The notes below the pieces were generated by a model. It saw only the letters and a list, made by a program, of their open reading frames with translations. It ran no database searches and was not told where the DNA came from. A stretch of 64,000 nt of DNA, taken from IMG/VR virus record IMGVR_UViG_3300026522_000028, positions 12,181-76,180 of that record. One strand, written 5' to 3'. Shown here one piece after another: positions 1-9,765 of this stretch. Both the position numbers and the translations under genes were made by a program. This DNA comes from a virus. Its lineage: Duplodnaviria; Caudoviricetes. Every line of letters begins with the position of its first letter. The first letter of the stretch is position 1.

Positions 1-187
1 TTGCGATGCCGGAGACACCGATGTTCAACTCGAACTTCGTCCCGAAGATTCCATTGAGCCAGAAACCTGCGAGGATCGATGCCGTCCAGCAGGTCAGCAG
101 TAGAAGCACAATGGCCCCCGCGCCATACACGAGCGCCATGTGATGCACCTCCGACCACGATGCAAACTTCTGAATCCTTTCCTTCAT
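1..187 (-). CDS. Holin-like membrane protein (partial, runs off window)
   Basis: Hand-translated MKERIQKFASWSEVHHMALVYGAGAIVLLLLTCWTASILAGFWLNGIFGTKFEL; hydrophobic; ATG overlaps the upstream TGA. Confidence 0.6.
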   Translation of the reverse strand, partial: MKERIQKFASWSEVHHMALVYGAGAIVLLLLTCWTASILAGFWLNGIFGTKFELNIGVSGIA

Positions 188-426
188 TTCAACACCCCCC
201 AGATTGCGATGCCGACCGCGATACTCCACGCGAGAAATTCCTTGATCCCGAAGAACTTTGCCTTGTTCTCTTCAAGGGACACAATGCGCTCCTCATGTTC
301 GTCGAGGATCGACGTGATCCGCGTGTTCTCCTCTTCTCTCGCTTGCAGCATCGTTTCCATTCGCGCAATCCTCTCGGACATTTCCGAGAGCTTGTCGTAG
401 AATTTGATGACTTGCGATTCATCCAT
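184..426 (-). CDS. XhlA-like holin / coiled-coil protein with C-terminal TM helix
   Basis: MDESQVIKFY start; coiled coil followed by FLAWSIAVGIAIWGVLK. Confidence 0.6.
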   Translation of the reverse strand: MDESQVIKFYDKLSEMSERIARMETMLQAREEENTRITSILDEHEERIVSLEENKAKFFGIKEFLAWSIAVGIAIWGVLK

Positions 427-439
427 AGACCTCACCTCT

Positions 440-805
440 TTACGTCTTAGGTTTCGCCTTTTTATCGTAGACGAACTTGCACGTCGCTGGAGCACCGAAC
501 GGCGTCCTCTTCGTCATCGATGTACTCGGCTTCGAGCGACAGAGCGTAACGAGCTTCAGCGAAGGACAACCAGCGAAAGCCTTTGCCTCGATGATCGATA
601 CGTTCGACGGGATGTACAGTTCCTCCAATGCCGTGCAGCCATTGAACGTGTTGTTATAGATGGTGTCGAAGTCATCACTATGCGGGATAGCGAGGTACTT
701 TGCGCTACCCTCATAGAACCCGATGTCAGGTTTGTTCGCCGTCACGTTGCCGCCAGTATCTTCGCTGGCCGTATGGCAATCCTTGAGATAATTTATGAAA
801 ACCAT
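440..805 (-). CDS. BspA-type leucine-rich repeat (LRR_5) protein
   Basis: NNTFNGCTALEELYIPSNVSIIEAKAFAGCPSLKLV repeats. Confidence 0.75.
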   Translation of the reverse strand: MVFINYLKDCHTASEDTGGNVTANKPDIGFYEGSAKYLAIPHSDDFDTIYNNTFNGCTALEELYIPSNVSIIEAKAFAGCPSLKLVTLCRSKPSTSMTKRTPFGAPATCKFVYDKKAKPKT

Positions 806-809
806 ATCG

Positions 810-1214
810 TCACCCCCACTTGACTACGGGCTCATTGTCTGCGCCCCACGGGTATCCACCGATGGAGTTCGCAGGTTTGTGAATGACAATCGTCTCTGGC
901 GAAGTGTCCGTGAAGCAATCCGCTGGGAGCGACGTGATAGTCGATGGGAACGTCACCGTCCCGATGCTACAGTTGCAAAATGCCTTGGAATCTACCTGCG
1001 TCACGCCCTCGGGGACATTGATGACAAGCGGCGTGTTCGGCCAGACATCGTTGAAGATGTAGCCGCGTAGCTTCTTCGTTCCCTCGGGGATATTCACTAC
1101 GGAAAAATCGTCGGCATGATAGATGATTTTCGTTGCCATCTCGGAGAGCTCATTGCTCCCCGTCTCAATCTTCGTTACCGTACTGAAATCAAACGGTATT
1201 GTGTTGATTAACAT
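810..1214 (-). CDS. LRR_5-like accessory tail protein
   Basis: IPEGTKKL..IF, VPEGVTQVDSKAFCNCSIGTVTFPSTITSL. Confidence 0.7.
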   Translation of the reverse strand: MLINTIPFDFSTVTKIETGSNELSEMATKIIYHADDFSVVNIPEGTKKLRGYIFNDVWPNTPLVINVPEGVTQVDSKAFCNCSIGTVTFPSTITSLPADCFTDTSPETIVIHKPANSIGGYPWGADNEPVVKWG

Positions 1215-3967
1215 TACATCACCACCAGTTGCAATTTGATGTCAATGGTCGGAACCGTCTGCATCGCACAGAGCGTCATGTAGCCACCCTCCTGCCAAAC
1301 ACAGGAAATGCACGCTTGCGACACAGCTTTGAACATATCAATCTCGGTGTTCGTTGGGAGGCCGAGGAATACAATGGAGTCTGCTTTGATGAGATCATTA
1401 GAGAACGAGAACTCCTTGTTCTTCCACGAGGCTGCTGGGACGGTGAGGTCGATGACATTCTTCGTCACCGTTGCAGTTTTCGGGAATACGAAGTCGAGCA
1501 CGACGTTATCGTCCGTGCCAGAGTTCGTGACGCTCGGCGTATCTCCTGTCGTGACTGTGCCAATCTTCACATGGCTGCCACCACCGTCAGAACCCGGATC
1601 ACCTTTCTCGCCCTTCGCACCTTTCAATGATTCAAGCCATGCTTTCTCATCGCCTGTGAATCCGTTCTTCTTTGCAATCTCGTAGGCAGACATACCAGAA
1701 GCACCTGTCGAACCGTTGCGTCCGCGCAGACTTGCCAGCCATTCTTCCTGTGTCCCTCGGAATCCATCGTCTAACGCAACGTCGTATGCGCTCTTACCTT
1801 TCTCACCCCTCATGGATTCGAGCCACGCTTTCTCGTCACCCTTGAATCCATTGTCTACTGCGGTCTGATATGCGGATTTACCAGCAGCACCATCCTTGCC
1901 ATTCGCGCCGTCCTTGCCTTTGAGCGATTCGAGCCACGATGCTTCCGAGCCTTTATATCCATGGGCAACCGCGATCTCGAATGCGGACTTGCCGTCAGCA
2001 CCCGGCGTTCCCGGTGTTCCCTCTTTGGAAGTCCCGCCGCCAGCAGGGATCGTGAAGTCGAACACAGCATCGCGATCCGTGCCGACGTTGACAACGCTCG
2101 GAGTATCGCCCGTCTTCACCTTGCCAACTCTGATTGTCGCAGCTGTACCGTCTTTGCCCTGCATGGACGCCAGCCACTCTTTCTCTGTCCCTTTGTATCC
2201 ATTGTCTACTGCGGTCTGATATGCGGACTTACCTTGCATGGACGCCAGCCATTCCTTTTCGGTTCCCTTAAATCCATTGTCCAGCGCAGACTGATATGCC
2301 GACTTGCCTTTCATCGACGCCAGCCATTCATCCTCGGTTCCCTTGAAGCCTTTCTCCACCGCATAGCGATAGGCATCTTTGCCATGCAGGGAGGCCAGCC
2401 AATCGTCCAAGGTTCCCTTGAATCCCTTGTCCTCTACTGCGTGACGATATGCATCCTTGCCGTGCAGGGATTCGAGCCATTCCTCCTCGGTCTTGTCGTA
2501 GCCATGGATGGACGCGAGTTCGTATGCGCTGCGCCCGTCCTCACCATCGACACCATCGAGGCCGTTCTTGCCTTTCAAAGAATCAAGCCACGAGGACTGT
2601 GACCCGTGATAGCCATTCGCTACTGCAACATCGTATGCCGATACGCCATCCTTGCCGTCCTTGCCATCCTTGCCGTCTTTGCCCTGCAACGACTTCAGCC
2701 ATTCATCCTGCGTGCCTTTGTATCCGTTGTCTACTGCGACCTCGTAGGCATTGCGGCCATCTTTGCCGGGGACTGGAACATAGGTAGTGTTCGTGACCGT
2801 CGTAGTCTTCTCCCCAGTTTTCTCGTCGGTCTTCGTTTCGGAAGTCGTAGTAGTCTCCGTCTTCCCCTGCACGCTCCAGTCCTGCGGGAACGTGAAGTTG
2901 ATAACGGCATCGAGCTCCGTGCCTGTGTTGGTAATCGCGAGCTTATCGCCGACCTTCGCCTCGCCAATCTTGACGTGCGATGTCGTGCCATCGAGTCCGC
3001 GCAGAGAGTTCAGCCATGCTTTCTCGTCGCCTTTGAATCCGTTGTCCAGCGCAGACTGATATGCCGACTTACCTTCTGGGCCAACGAGAGACGCAAGCCA
3101 CGTCGATTCATCACCCCCGTACCCGTGTTGCACCGCAATGTCATACGCAGAATATCCGTTCTCGCCACGGGCAATATTATCGAACGACGGAACCTCGAAG
3201 TCCCAGACCGATGCATTCGGCGAACCACTATTGTGGATATCGAACTTGTCGCCGACCGTGATCGTGCCGATCTTGACCGTTGCGCCGCGACCGTCGAGGC
3301 CATTGTGTCCATCCTTGCCGTCCTTGCCATCCTTGCCATGCAGCGACGCAAGCCAGTTGACTTCCGAGGATGTGTACCCGTTCTTCACGGCAATATCATA
3401 GGCGCTCGCACCATCCTTGCCGTCTTTGCCATCCTTGCCATCGACACCGTTTCTGCCGGGCGCACCATCGGAACCTTTGAGCTGGTCGATCCATTCCTGT
3501 TCCGTTCCTTTGAAGCCATTCTTCACGGCGATCTGGTAGTTCGATTCACCCGGCGCACCCTTCATCGATGCCAGCCATTCATCCTGCGTACCTTTGAATC
3601 CTTTTTCAACGGCGTAAGCATAGGCATCTTTGCCGTCTTTGCCGTCCTTGCCATCGACACCAGCGCGGCCCGTGTCACCTTTGTCGCCCTTCAGCGTCTT
3701 CAGCCATTCGTATTCTGTGCCGACGAAACCATTCTTCTTCGCGATGTCATAGGCAGACATACCATCTTTACCAGCGGGGCCGACCTGTCCAGAGCCACCT
3801 TCCTTAGTTCTGTTATCGTAGAGCCAGCGCAGGTCTTCCGCGATGACATCATAGACACCATTGTTGTCGCCCGTCGTGAACGGGGACTCCTTCGATACGA
3901 CGCCGTTCTTTGCGATGAGCCCGTCCTTGTCGCGCTGCTCTAAATATTGGAATCCAGCGTTAAGCAT
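1214..3967 (-). CDS. Collagen-like tail fibre
   Basis: GxY runs (GKDGKDGKDG) alternate with SAYxxAxxxGFxGxExEWLxSLxG repeats; start MLNAG after GGAGGAG. Confidence 0.85.
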   Translation of the reverse strand: MLNAGFQYLEQRDKDGLIAKNGVVSKESPFTTGDNNGVYDVIAEDLRWLYDNRTKEGGSGQVGPAGKDGMSAYDIAKKNGFVGTEYEWLKTLKGDKGDTGRAGVDGKDGKDGKDAYAYAVEKGFKGTQDEWLASMKGAPGESNYQIAVKNGFKGTEQEWIDQLKGSDGAPGRNGVDGKDGKDGKDGASAYDIAVKNGYTSSEVNWLASLHGKDGKDGKDGHNGLDGRGATVKIGTITVGDKFDIHNSGSPNASVWDFEVPSFDNIARGENGYSAYDIAVQHGYGGDESTWLASLVGPEGKSAYQSALDNGFKGDEKAWLNSLRGLDGTTSHVKIGEAKVGDKLAITNTGTELDAVINFTFPQDWSVQGKTETTTTSETKTDEKTGEKTTTVTNTTYVPVPGKDGRNAYEVAVDNGYKGTQDEWLKSLQGKDGKDGKDGKDGVSAYDVAVANGYHGSQSSWLDSLKGKNGLDGVDGEDGRSAYELASIHGYDKTEEEWLESLHGKDAYRHAVEDKGFKGTLDDWLASLHGKDAYRYAVEKGFKGTEDEWLASMKGKSAYQSALDNGFKGTEKEWLASMQGKSAYQTAVDNGYKGTEKEWLASMQGKDGTAATIRVGKVKTGDTPSVVNVGTDRDAVFDFTIPAGGGTSKEGTPGTPGADGKSAFEIAVAHGYKGSEASWLESLKGKDGANGKDGAAGKSAYQTAVDNGFKGDEKAWLESMRGEKGKSAYDVALDDGFRGTQEEWLASLRGRNGSTGASGMSAYEIAKKNGFTGDEKAWLESLKGAKGEKGDPGSDGGGSHVKIGTVTTGDTPSVTNSGTDDNVVLDFVFPKTATVTKNVIDLTVPAASWKNKEFSFSNDLIKADSIVFLGLPTNTEIDMFKAVSQACISCVWQEGGYMTLCAMQTVPTIDIKLQLVVM

Positions 3968-5363
3968 TCGCATCTCCTCCTTTTTCTTTCTCTGCCTGCT
4001 TCTCCTCGAAATACTCATAGGCATCAATGACATCGAGGAACACGCCATCGAAGTTTGCACGGAGGATGAGGTCGAGGTACGAGTCATCCGTGCCGAACAA
4101 AATTTTCTTCCATTCGTCCGTCCAATATTTCACCTTGAAATCGCCGCCCCAGTCGAGGTTTGGCTCCGCAATCCAATCGCAGTACGACACCGCTTTCTTC
4201 CAATCCATGTGATTCGGGGACTGCGGGTCTTCGGAGTCGTGCTTGTAGTTCGACCAGCGGTCATCCCAGTATGGACGGTAGACCTCTGCCTCGCCGAGTG
4301 ACATGTAGCAGCATAGCATTCGACGAGAACCATTCGGCTTGTGCCGCATCCGCTCCACGTCATTTCGACTAAGGACTTCGCCGTTGTATTCGAGGTCGAT
4401 GATGAGGCAGTCATACCATGTATCTGCCATTTTCTCGATGTAGTCTTCCTTGCTGGAGAAAGGAGGATTCACGTCAGGCTGCGAGTTCAGCAGAACCATG
4501 AAGTTTTCTATGTCATCGATGTGGTAGCAGTCGTTAACGTTGTGCGGGAAGTCATACGTCGGCAGCGATGACAGTTCGCGATCCGTACATACGCAGTCAC
4601 CGAATCCATTGGCTTTCGTAATCTCGAACGAATGCTTTACCTTGTCAGGGCTCCAGCAGTAGTCGATGACGAGCGACCGCACGCCGACGTTCTCCGCGAT
4701 ATGCATGAGCCGATAGAACTCATCACGGTACTGCTGCGGAGTCTCGCGGTCATCCGCTGTATTCCAGTAGATGTCAGCGCCATAATTGACATCCTCGACC
4801 GTCACGGCATCGACCGTCTCGCCCATCTTCTTCGTGTCCTCGTATGTCCAATCGTGTGTCGCGTCAGGCTCGAAAATACCGACGCCACCATTGTTGATGA
4901 TGGTGAAGCCCGGGTAGTTGCGCTTGGTCGCGTAGCTTCGGATGTCCATGATGAGCTGGAGCATTGCCTTGTGATAGTTCGCTGGGTCTGGCGTGCTCGT
5001 CGTATGAGGAACGACAACATACGACGGGACGAACGTGAGGCCACGCGGCTTCGCATTGACATCGAAGATGACTTTGCAATCCGCAGGCGCACCCCACGGA
5101 GCACCGGGAATCGTACCGGGCTTTTTCGCAACGGTGATCTTCTTCAGCTTCGGGCAGTTCAGGAATGTATGCGGGTGGATCGTCTCTGTGGCCGAAGGGA
5201 AGAACACTTCTTCGAGATTCGGGAAATTGACGATGGAATATTCGCCCGTGCCGCTGTACTCCTCCGTGAGAGGAACCTGCAAATACGTTGCTTCTCCAGA
5301 AAGAACCTCCGCATCCAGCGGCGGTACTGGGTGATTGTTCACCCATGCAGTATTCAAAAACAT
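3960..5363 (-). CDS. LRR_5 N-terminus fused to a GH114/TM1410-like endo-alpha-1,4-polygalactosaminidase
   Basis: YDCLIID, CYMSLGEAEVYRPYW, KVKYWTDEWKKIL and FDGVFLDVIDAYEYFE motifs. Confidence 0.75.
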   Translation of the reverse strand: MFLNTAWVNNHPVPPLDAEVLSGEATYLQVPLTEEYSGTGEYSIVNFPNLEEVFFPSATETIHPHTFLNCPKLKKITVAKKPGTIPGAPWGAPADCKVIFDVNAKPRGLTFVPSYVVVPHTTSTPDPANYHKAMLQLIMDIRSYATKRNYPGFTIINNGGVGIFEPDATHDWTYEDTKKMGETVDAVTVEDVNYGADIYWNTADDRETPQQYRDEFYRLMHIAENVGVRSLVIDYCWSPDKVKHSFEITKANGFGDCVCTDRELSSLPTYDFPHNVNDCYHIDDIENFMVLLNSQPDVNPPFSSKEDYIEKMADTWYDCLIIDLEYNGEVLSRNDVERMRHKPNGSRRMLCCYMSLGEAEVYRPYWDDRWSNYKHDSEDPQSPNHMDWKKAVSYCDWIAEPNLDWGGDFKVKYWTDEWKKILFGTDDSYLDLILRANFDGVFLDVIDAYEYFEEKQAEKEKGGDANA

Positions 5364-6010
5364 TAGTCAACACCGTCCCATATCGCAGCGGGGTTCTCGA
5401 TTCGGCCACCGTACCATACGGCGTCGTGCCAGTCTCCGTTGTCATCAAAGTATCCATACGAACCATCTTGGAATGCACCGAACTTCCGATGGATTACCAT
5501 CGAACGAACATTGCAGTCGAACGCCCGATTCCCGATATGCTGGATGCCCTCACCGATTTCGACGATGGCTCCTTCCGTCGTATCCATGCCAGAGAACGCA
5601 TCGTCGCCAATGTACTCCACAGAATCAGGGAGGATCAGTCGAGTCAGCTGCGGGCCGTTCATGAACGCACGATTGCCAATCTTCTTGATTCCCTCGCCGA
5701 ATGTGCATTCCTTGATTGCCGATCCCTCAAAGGCATCGTCAGCGATCTCTTCTACGCTGCCGGGAATCGACACGGATTCCACTCCGCACTCTGCGAATGC
5801 ATGAGGCGAAATGTTTTTCAATGTCTTCGGTAGTACGATTCGCATGGGAACCTCGGGCCAGAAATTGTAGAAGCAGTAAGGTCGAATCGATGTGACGCCA
5901 TCGGGAATCTTGTAGTCAAAAAGGTCTTTCGTGAAATACGCCCGCATGTCATCCGAGACTCGCTGCTCGTGACCGCTGGCGTACACACCGAACATATTGA
6001 GGAAACTCAT
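5363..6010 (-). CDS. LRR_5 (BspA-like) protein
   Basis: IPDGVTSIRPYCF, LPKTLKNISPHAF, IPGSVEEIADDAF repeats; start MSFLN overlaps the upstream stop. Confidence 0.8.
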   Translation of the reverse strand: MSFLNMFGVYASGHEQRVSDDMRAYFTKDLFDYKIPDGVTSIRPYCFYNFWPEVPMRIVLPKTLKNISPHAFAECGVESVSIPGSVEEIADDAFEGSAIKECTFGEGIKKIGNRAFMNGPQLTRLILPDSVEYIGDDAFSGMDTTEGAIVEIGEGIQHIGNRAFDCNVRSMVIHRKFGAFQDGSYGYFDDNGDWHDAVWYGGRIENPAAIWDGVD

Positions 6011-6936
6011 AGCATCAACAGGTTCACGTTCACGTCTTGGTCTGGCGGCGTGCCGAGGGCTTTCAGAACGATGTACCCGTCCTCCTGTTCCGCACAGGTA
6101 ATGCACGCATCGGAAATCATGGAGTACACCGTCTGCGATGTGCCGACCTGCGGAATCATCAGAATGTCTGTGGTCTTCTTGATGAGCGGATGGGAAATTT
6201 TGTATGTTCTGTCGCCGCCCCAGTCCTTCGCGATGAGCGTCACGAGGAGATTCTTTTTGTCCATCAGCCCAGCGTCGATGCTGATGTCCGACGTTCCATC
6301 GAAGGGAACGCCGTTGATCTTCGGCGTCAGGTGCAGCTTTCCGGCTTCGTCAGCGTATTTCACGTTGCCAAACATGGAGCCATGAATCAGCCCAGAAATA
6401 TGAAATTCTCCCTTGTCATCAATGCGGATCGAGCCATTCGGTGAGCCATCGACCGCACCGTGGAATGTGATTGCGCTCCCGACTTCGCCACGGGAGATAA
6501 CTTCTTTCTTTCCCATAGCAACTTCGAGATTCGTGATTGTCTGGTTCACGGCTTCGATGACCGTCTTCATTTCCTGAATCTTGCCATCGGCAAGTTCATC
6601 GACCTTCACAACTTCATCGCGGTATTTCTTTGCGTCCTCCGCAGCGTCCTGTGCTCGCGCAGAATCAGCGTGAACCGATGATTCCACCTTCACAACATCG
6701 AGGTATGCTTTGTCGATCTGCTGCGAAATCTTTTTGATTGCCGTGACATCATCCTCGGAGATGTCTGGCTTCAAGTTGTCGATCATTTCTTTCAGCGCAC
6801 GAAGGTCTTCTGCGATGACATCATAGATGCCGTCGTTCTTCGCAGTCGTGAGCATCGAGTCTTTCGACACGACGCCTTTGTTCGTCACCTTGTTCTCATC
6901 ATCGCGCTGCTCTAAGTATTGAAATCCGTCACTCAT
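6007..6936 (-). CDS. Tail fibre-like protein, paralogue of the collagen fibre termini
   Basis: Shares N-terminal GFQYLEQRD...YDVIAEDLR and a similar C-terminal domain with 1214-3967; central coiled coil. Confidence 0.7.
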   Translation of the reverse strand: MSDGFQYLEQRDDENKVTNKGVVSKDSMLTTAKNDGIYDVIAEDLRALKEMIDNLKPDISEDDVTAIKKISQQIDKAYLDVVKVESSVHADSARAQDAAEDAKKYRDEVVKVDELADGKIQEMKTVIEAVNQTITNLEVAMGKKEVISRGEVGSAITFHGAVDGSPNGSIRIDDKGEFHISGLIHGSMFGNVKYADEAGKLHLTPKINGVPFDGTSDISIDAGLMDKKNLLVTLIAKDWGGDRTYKISHPLIKKTTDILMIPQVGTSQTVYSMISDACITCAEQEDGYIVLKALGTPPDQDVNVNLLML

Positions 6937-6947
6937 GTTGTCACCCC

Positions 6948-9368
6948 TTAGAATGTATCTACGATAAATACCAGCGACAGATCGCTGGACACACCATCAG
7001 TCATGCACGCAGGAACACGCTTGCGCGTCTTCGTCGGCGGCTTTATCCATTCGCTCGGAGGAGCTTCGACCGCATCGTAGGATTTGCCGCGATGCCATAC
7101 GCGATGGTATTTGTCGCCTGTGTAGTAACCGCTGTTCCCCGGGATGGCCTGCCATTCCTCGGCGCGTTTCAGCCAAGCGGTGTACTTCTTTTCGTAGTTC
7201 GGGTCTGGAACGCCATCCTTATTTACAACGTCGCCATCTCTGGTGTAGCTTAGAACGATGTGGTTCAACTGATCGAGGCTACCGCCGCCAGATAATTTCT
7301 TGAATTGCAGCTGCTCAATCTGCGTCTCCATTTTGATTCTGATGCCATCCTTCGTGCGTTTGAAGGAATAGCCATAGGCATAGCAGATGTTCTTCTCGGA
7401 AACATCGGCAATCAGCGCAGGCATCCAGATTGTCAGCGGACACATAATGGAACACGACGGGCTTACCGTCGTATACCAAGAGTTCGAGCAATCGACCTGC
7501 GACTTGTCACCAACGAGAGTCTTGAGACGGCCCGGTTTACGGTATCGTAAAAGAGGACCCACTTTTATTGTTCGTATTTGTTCTGCCTCCGCGAGACAGT
7601 CATCGTCAACCGTGCCATAAATGAGGTCTTCAACGTCTTTCTTCGATGCTGTTTCGCGCTTCGGGTACGTAATCCAGCGTAAGATTTTATAGCCGTTGTC
7701 CTCTAGATAGGAGAAATATGCTGCGTCTTTCTGTTCGATATGTCCCTTATCTACCATGGACATGACCTTGCCTTTGTTCCCGTGAAGATCGAGGTCGGGA
7801 TAGTCCATTTTCCCGAAGTGATACCCCGTTTCGCTCGCGTTGACGTAGGTGTGCTTGTGGTGCTTACTATGCGAAATCCGAATGGAATATATCTGATATG
7901 CACCGAAGACCGTAGCGGACAATGCGAGATAGAGATTTGCAAAACCCGGCAACGTCGTGGTGAACGTGGAGTTACCTTCGGCCTCTACCATTTCATCCAC
8001 GAGATCCCAGTAGGAGCTGCCGTCCTCTTCTTGTACTTTTTCCCATCTGGTGACTTCCGTCTCGCCCTTGTAATGCCAATGCGGGGCATCTGGAACGTCG
8101 ATGGTTCCCTGCGTCGTGATGACGTTAGAATAGAAGCTGTCCTTGAAACTTCCTAGGAGTCCCGTGTTGTTGAACACGACGTTTCCTTCGGCATCGCGCA
8201 GCTCTAGGCCAGCCCCGTGTTCCATCGGCGGGTAGTAGTTCTGCGACCAGTAGAAGATGCTGATCTTGCGATCCGTTGTGCATGACACATACTGTACCTG
8301 CTTGCCGTTGTATTCTGCGATGGGACTGATGTAAAGCGTGCCGTCCGTTGTCGAATACGAAACGCCGACAACGCCATCAGGGAACTCCACGCCGTACACC
8401 TGTCCCTCATCGACACAAGCAACAACGTCCTCCTGCTTTACGATGTGGAGCAGATGCGTGTTATCGCCGAACTGGAACACGCCCTCGTTGTTCACCGATT
8501 CAAAATATGTGGAGGGGTTCTCGTAGTATTTCGTGGATCGTTCAGTTCCTTTGCCTGAACCACCGCCAGTCCAAGGATTGCCACCGGGACTATGCCCAGA
8601 ACCAGAGCCAGAGTCATGACCTGCCCCAGAATCCTTTTTTTCTTTCGCTGCTTTTAGCGCTGCCTCTGCCTTGCGAATCGGAGATGCCATCGCAGACACC
8701 CAGAGTTCGCCAGCGCGTTCGTAGCCAGAGTCCGTAGGGTGTACGTAGTCAGAGTTGAGGTCATCCCATACGTCATCGTCTGGATTCGTGCAAGACCACC
8801 ACGGCTGCGCGAAGTCGCAGAAGACTAATCCTCGACGTTCACTGTAGGACTTGATTTTACTGTAGAGCTTCTTCATGTTCGACAGGACACCAGAGACGGC
8901 TTTATCGTGACCGCCCCACGAATCTTCGAGCCAATGGTTTGCCGATACAACCTTCTCGCACCAGAGTTTGCTCAAGCCGAAGTATGCACCGACAACAGGG
9001 ATGATGCCGAGACGCAAGCAGCCCTGCACCATGTTCTTAAACGCCGTTATTGCCTCGTTAAAGTTGTCCTTCCGTGGCGTCCAACAGTCATTGCCACCGC
9101 CCTCGATGATGCAGATGTCTGGGTATCTGCCTGCCGTTGATTTACAATAATTCAAAACGTCCTGTTCTGCACGAGCCACTTCGTTCTCCAGCGTATTGCC
9201 GCCGATAGCACGATTGAACACGCGGACATTATCGTATGCATTGCGAATGCTTTGCGTCCAACTGTGGGTGTCCTCGGCTTCACTCGGCATACTGTTTGTG
9301 TACGGTGAGCCCGATGCGACCGAATCGCCGATCATTGCAATAAGTACGGTGTTCTCGTCATCGTCCAT
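6948..9368 (-). CDS. SGNH/GDSL hydrolase fused to a tail-tip-like domain
   Basis: IGDSV, NRAIGGNT, GGGND and DYVHP blocks; Gly/Ser linker; GLELRDAEGNVVFN motif. Confidence 0.75.
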   Translation of the reverse strand: MDDDENTVLIAMIGDSVASGSPYTNSMPSEAEDTHSWTQSIRNAYDNVRVFNRAIGGNTLENEVARAEQDVLNYCKSTAGRYPDICIIEGGGNDCWTPRKDNFNEAITAFKNMVQGCLRLGIIPVVGAYFGLSKLWCEKVVSANHWLEDSWGGHDKAVSGVLSNMKKLYSKIKSYSERRGLVFCDFAQPWWSCTNPDDDVWDDLNSDYVHPTDSGYERAGELWVSAMASPIRKAEAALKAAKEKKDSGAGHDSGSGSGHSPGGNPWTGGGSGKGTERSTKYYENPSTYFESVNNEGVFQFGDNTHLLHIVKQEDVVACVDEGQVYGVEFPDGVVGVSYSTTDGTLYISPIAEYNGKQVQYVSCTTDRKISIFYWSQNYYPPMEHGAGLELRDAEGNVVFNNTGLLGSFKDSFYSNVITTQGTIDVPDAPHWHYKGETEVTRWEKVQEEDGSSYWDLVDEMVEAEGNSTFTTTLPGFANLYLALSATVFGAYQIYSIRISHSKHHKHTYVNASETGYHFGKMDYPDLDLHGNKGKVMSMVDKGHIEQKDAAYFSYLEDNGYKILRWITYPKRETASKKDVEDLIYGTVDDDCLAEAEQIRTIKVGPLLRYRKPGRLKTLVGDKSQVDCSNSWYTTVSPSCSIMCPLTIWMPALIADVSEKNICYAYGYSFKRTKDGIRIKMETQIEQLQFKKLSGGGSLDQLNHIVLSYTRDGDVVNKDGVPDPNYEKKYTAWLKRAEEWQAIPGNSGYYTGDKYHRVWHRGKSYDAVEAPPSEWIKPPTKTRKRVPACMTDGVSSDLSLVFIVDTF

Positions 9369-9383
9369 CCATCATCATCCTCC

Positions 9384-9764
9384 TTAGAAATATCCATACA
9401 CGAACTCTGTTTCATACAGAGAGTCCGTGCCATCTACGTTATCTATGAATCCATGAAACTCTGCCGTTGATTTCGTCGGCTTCAGCTTCGTATACGTCCA
9501 TTGAATCTGGTCGCCAGAGATCGCCATGCTCGATGGGAATCTGTACATACTATTCGAGCCAGAGGAGACGAGCTTATTGCTCATCGGAATCACGGCGATG
9601 TTCTTGCCGACGATGCGGCTGTCTGAAATGTGACCGCTGCCCCAGTCGGCCCGTGTCTTGAAGCTGCCGAGGAATTTGAATGGCCGCGTGCGGTCGAGCA
9701 CCGTCTGTACACCGAACTCATTTTTTACAACGAGTCCGCAGCGCATCTTTCGCTTCTCTGCCAT
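9384..9764 (-). CDS. Small tail-tip protein downstream of J
   Basis: CGLVVKNEFGVQTVLD..RPFKFLG resembles small proteins that follow J in lambda-like tails; synteny. Confidence 0.5.
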   Translation of the reverse strand: MAEKRKMRCGLVVKNEFGVQTVLDRTRPFKFLGSFKTRADWGSGHISDSRIVGKNIAVIPMSNKLVSSGSNSMYRFPSSMAISGDQIQWTYTKLKPTKSTAEFHGFIDNVDGTDSLYETEFVYGYF

Positions 9765-9765
9765 A

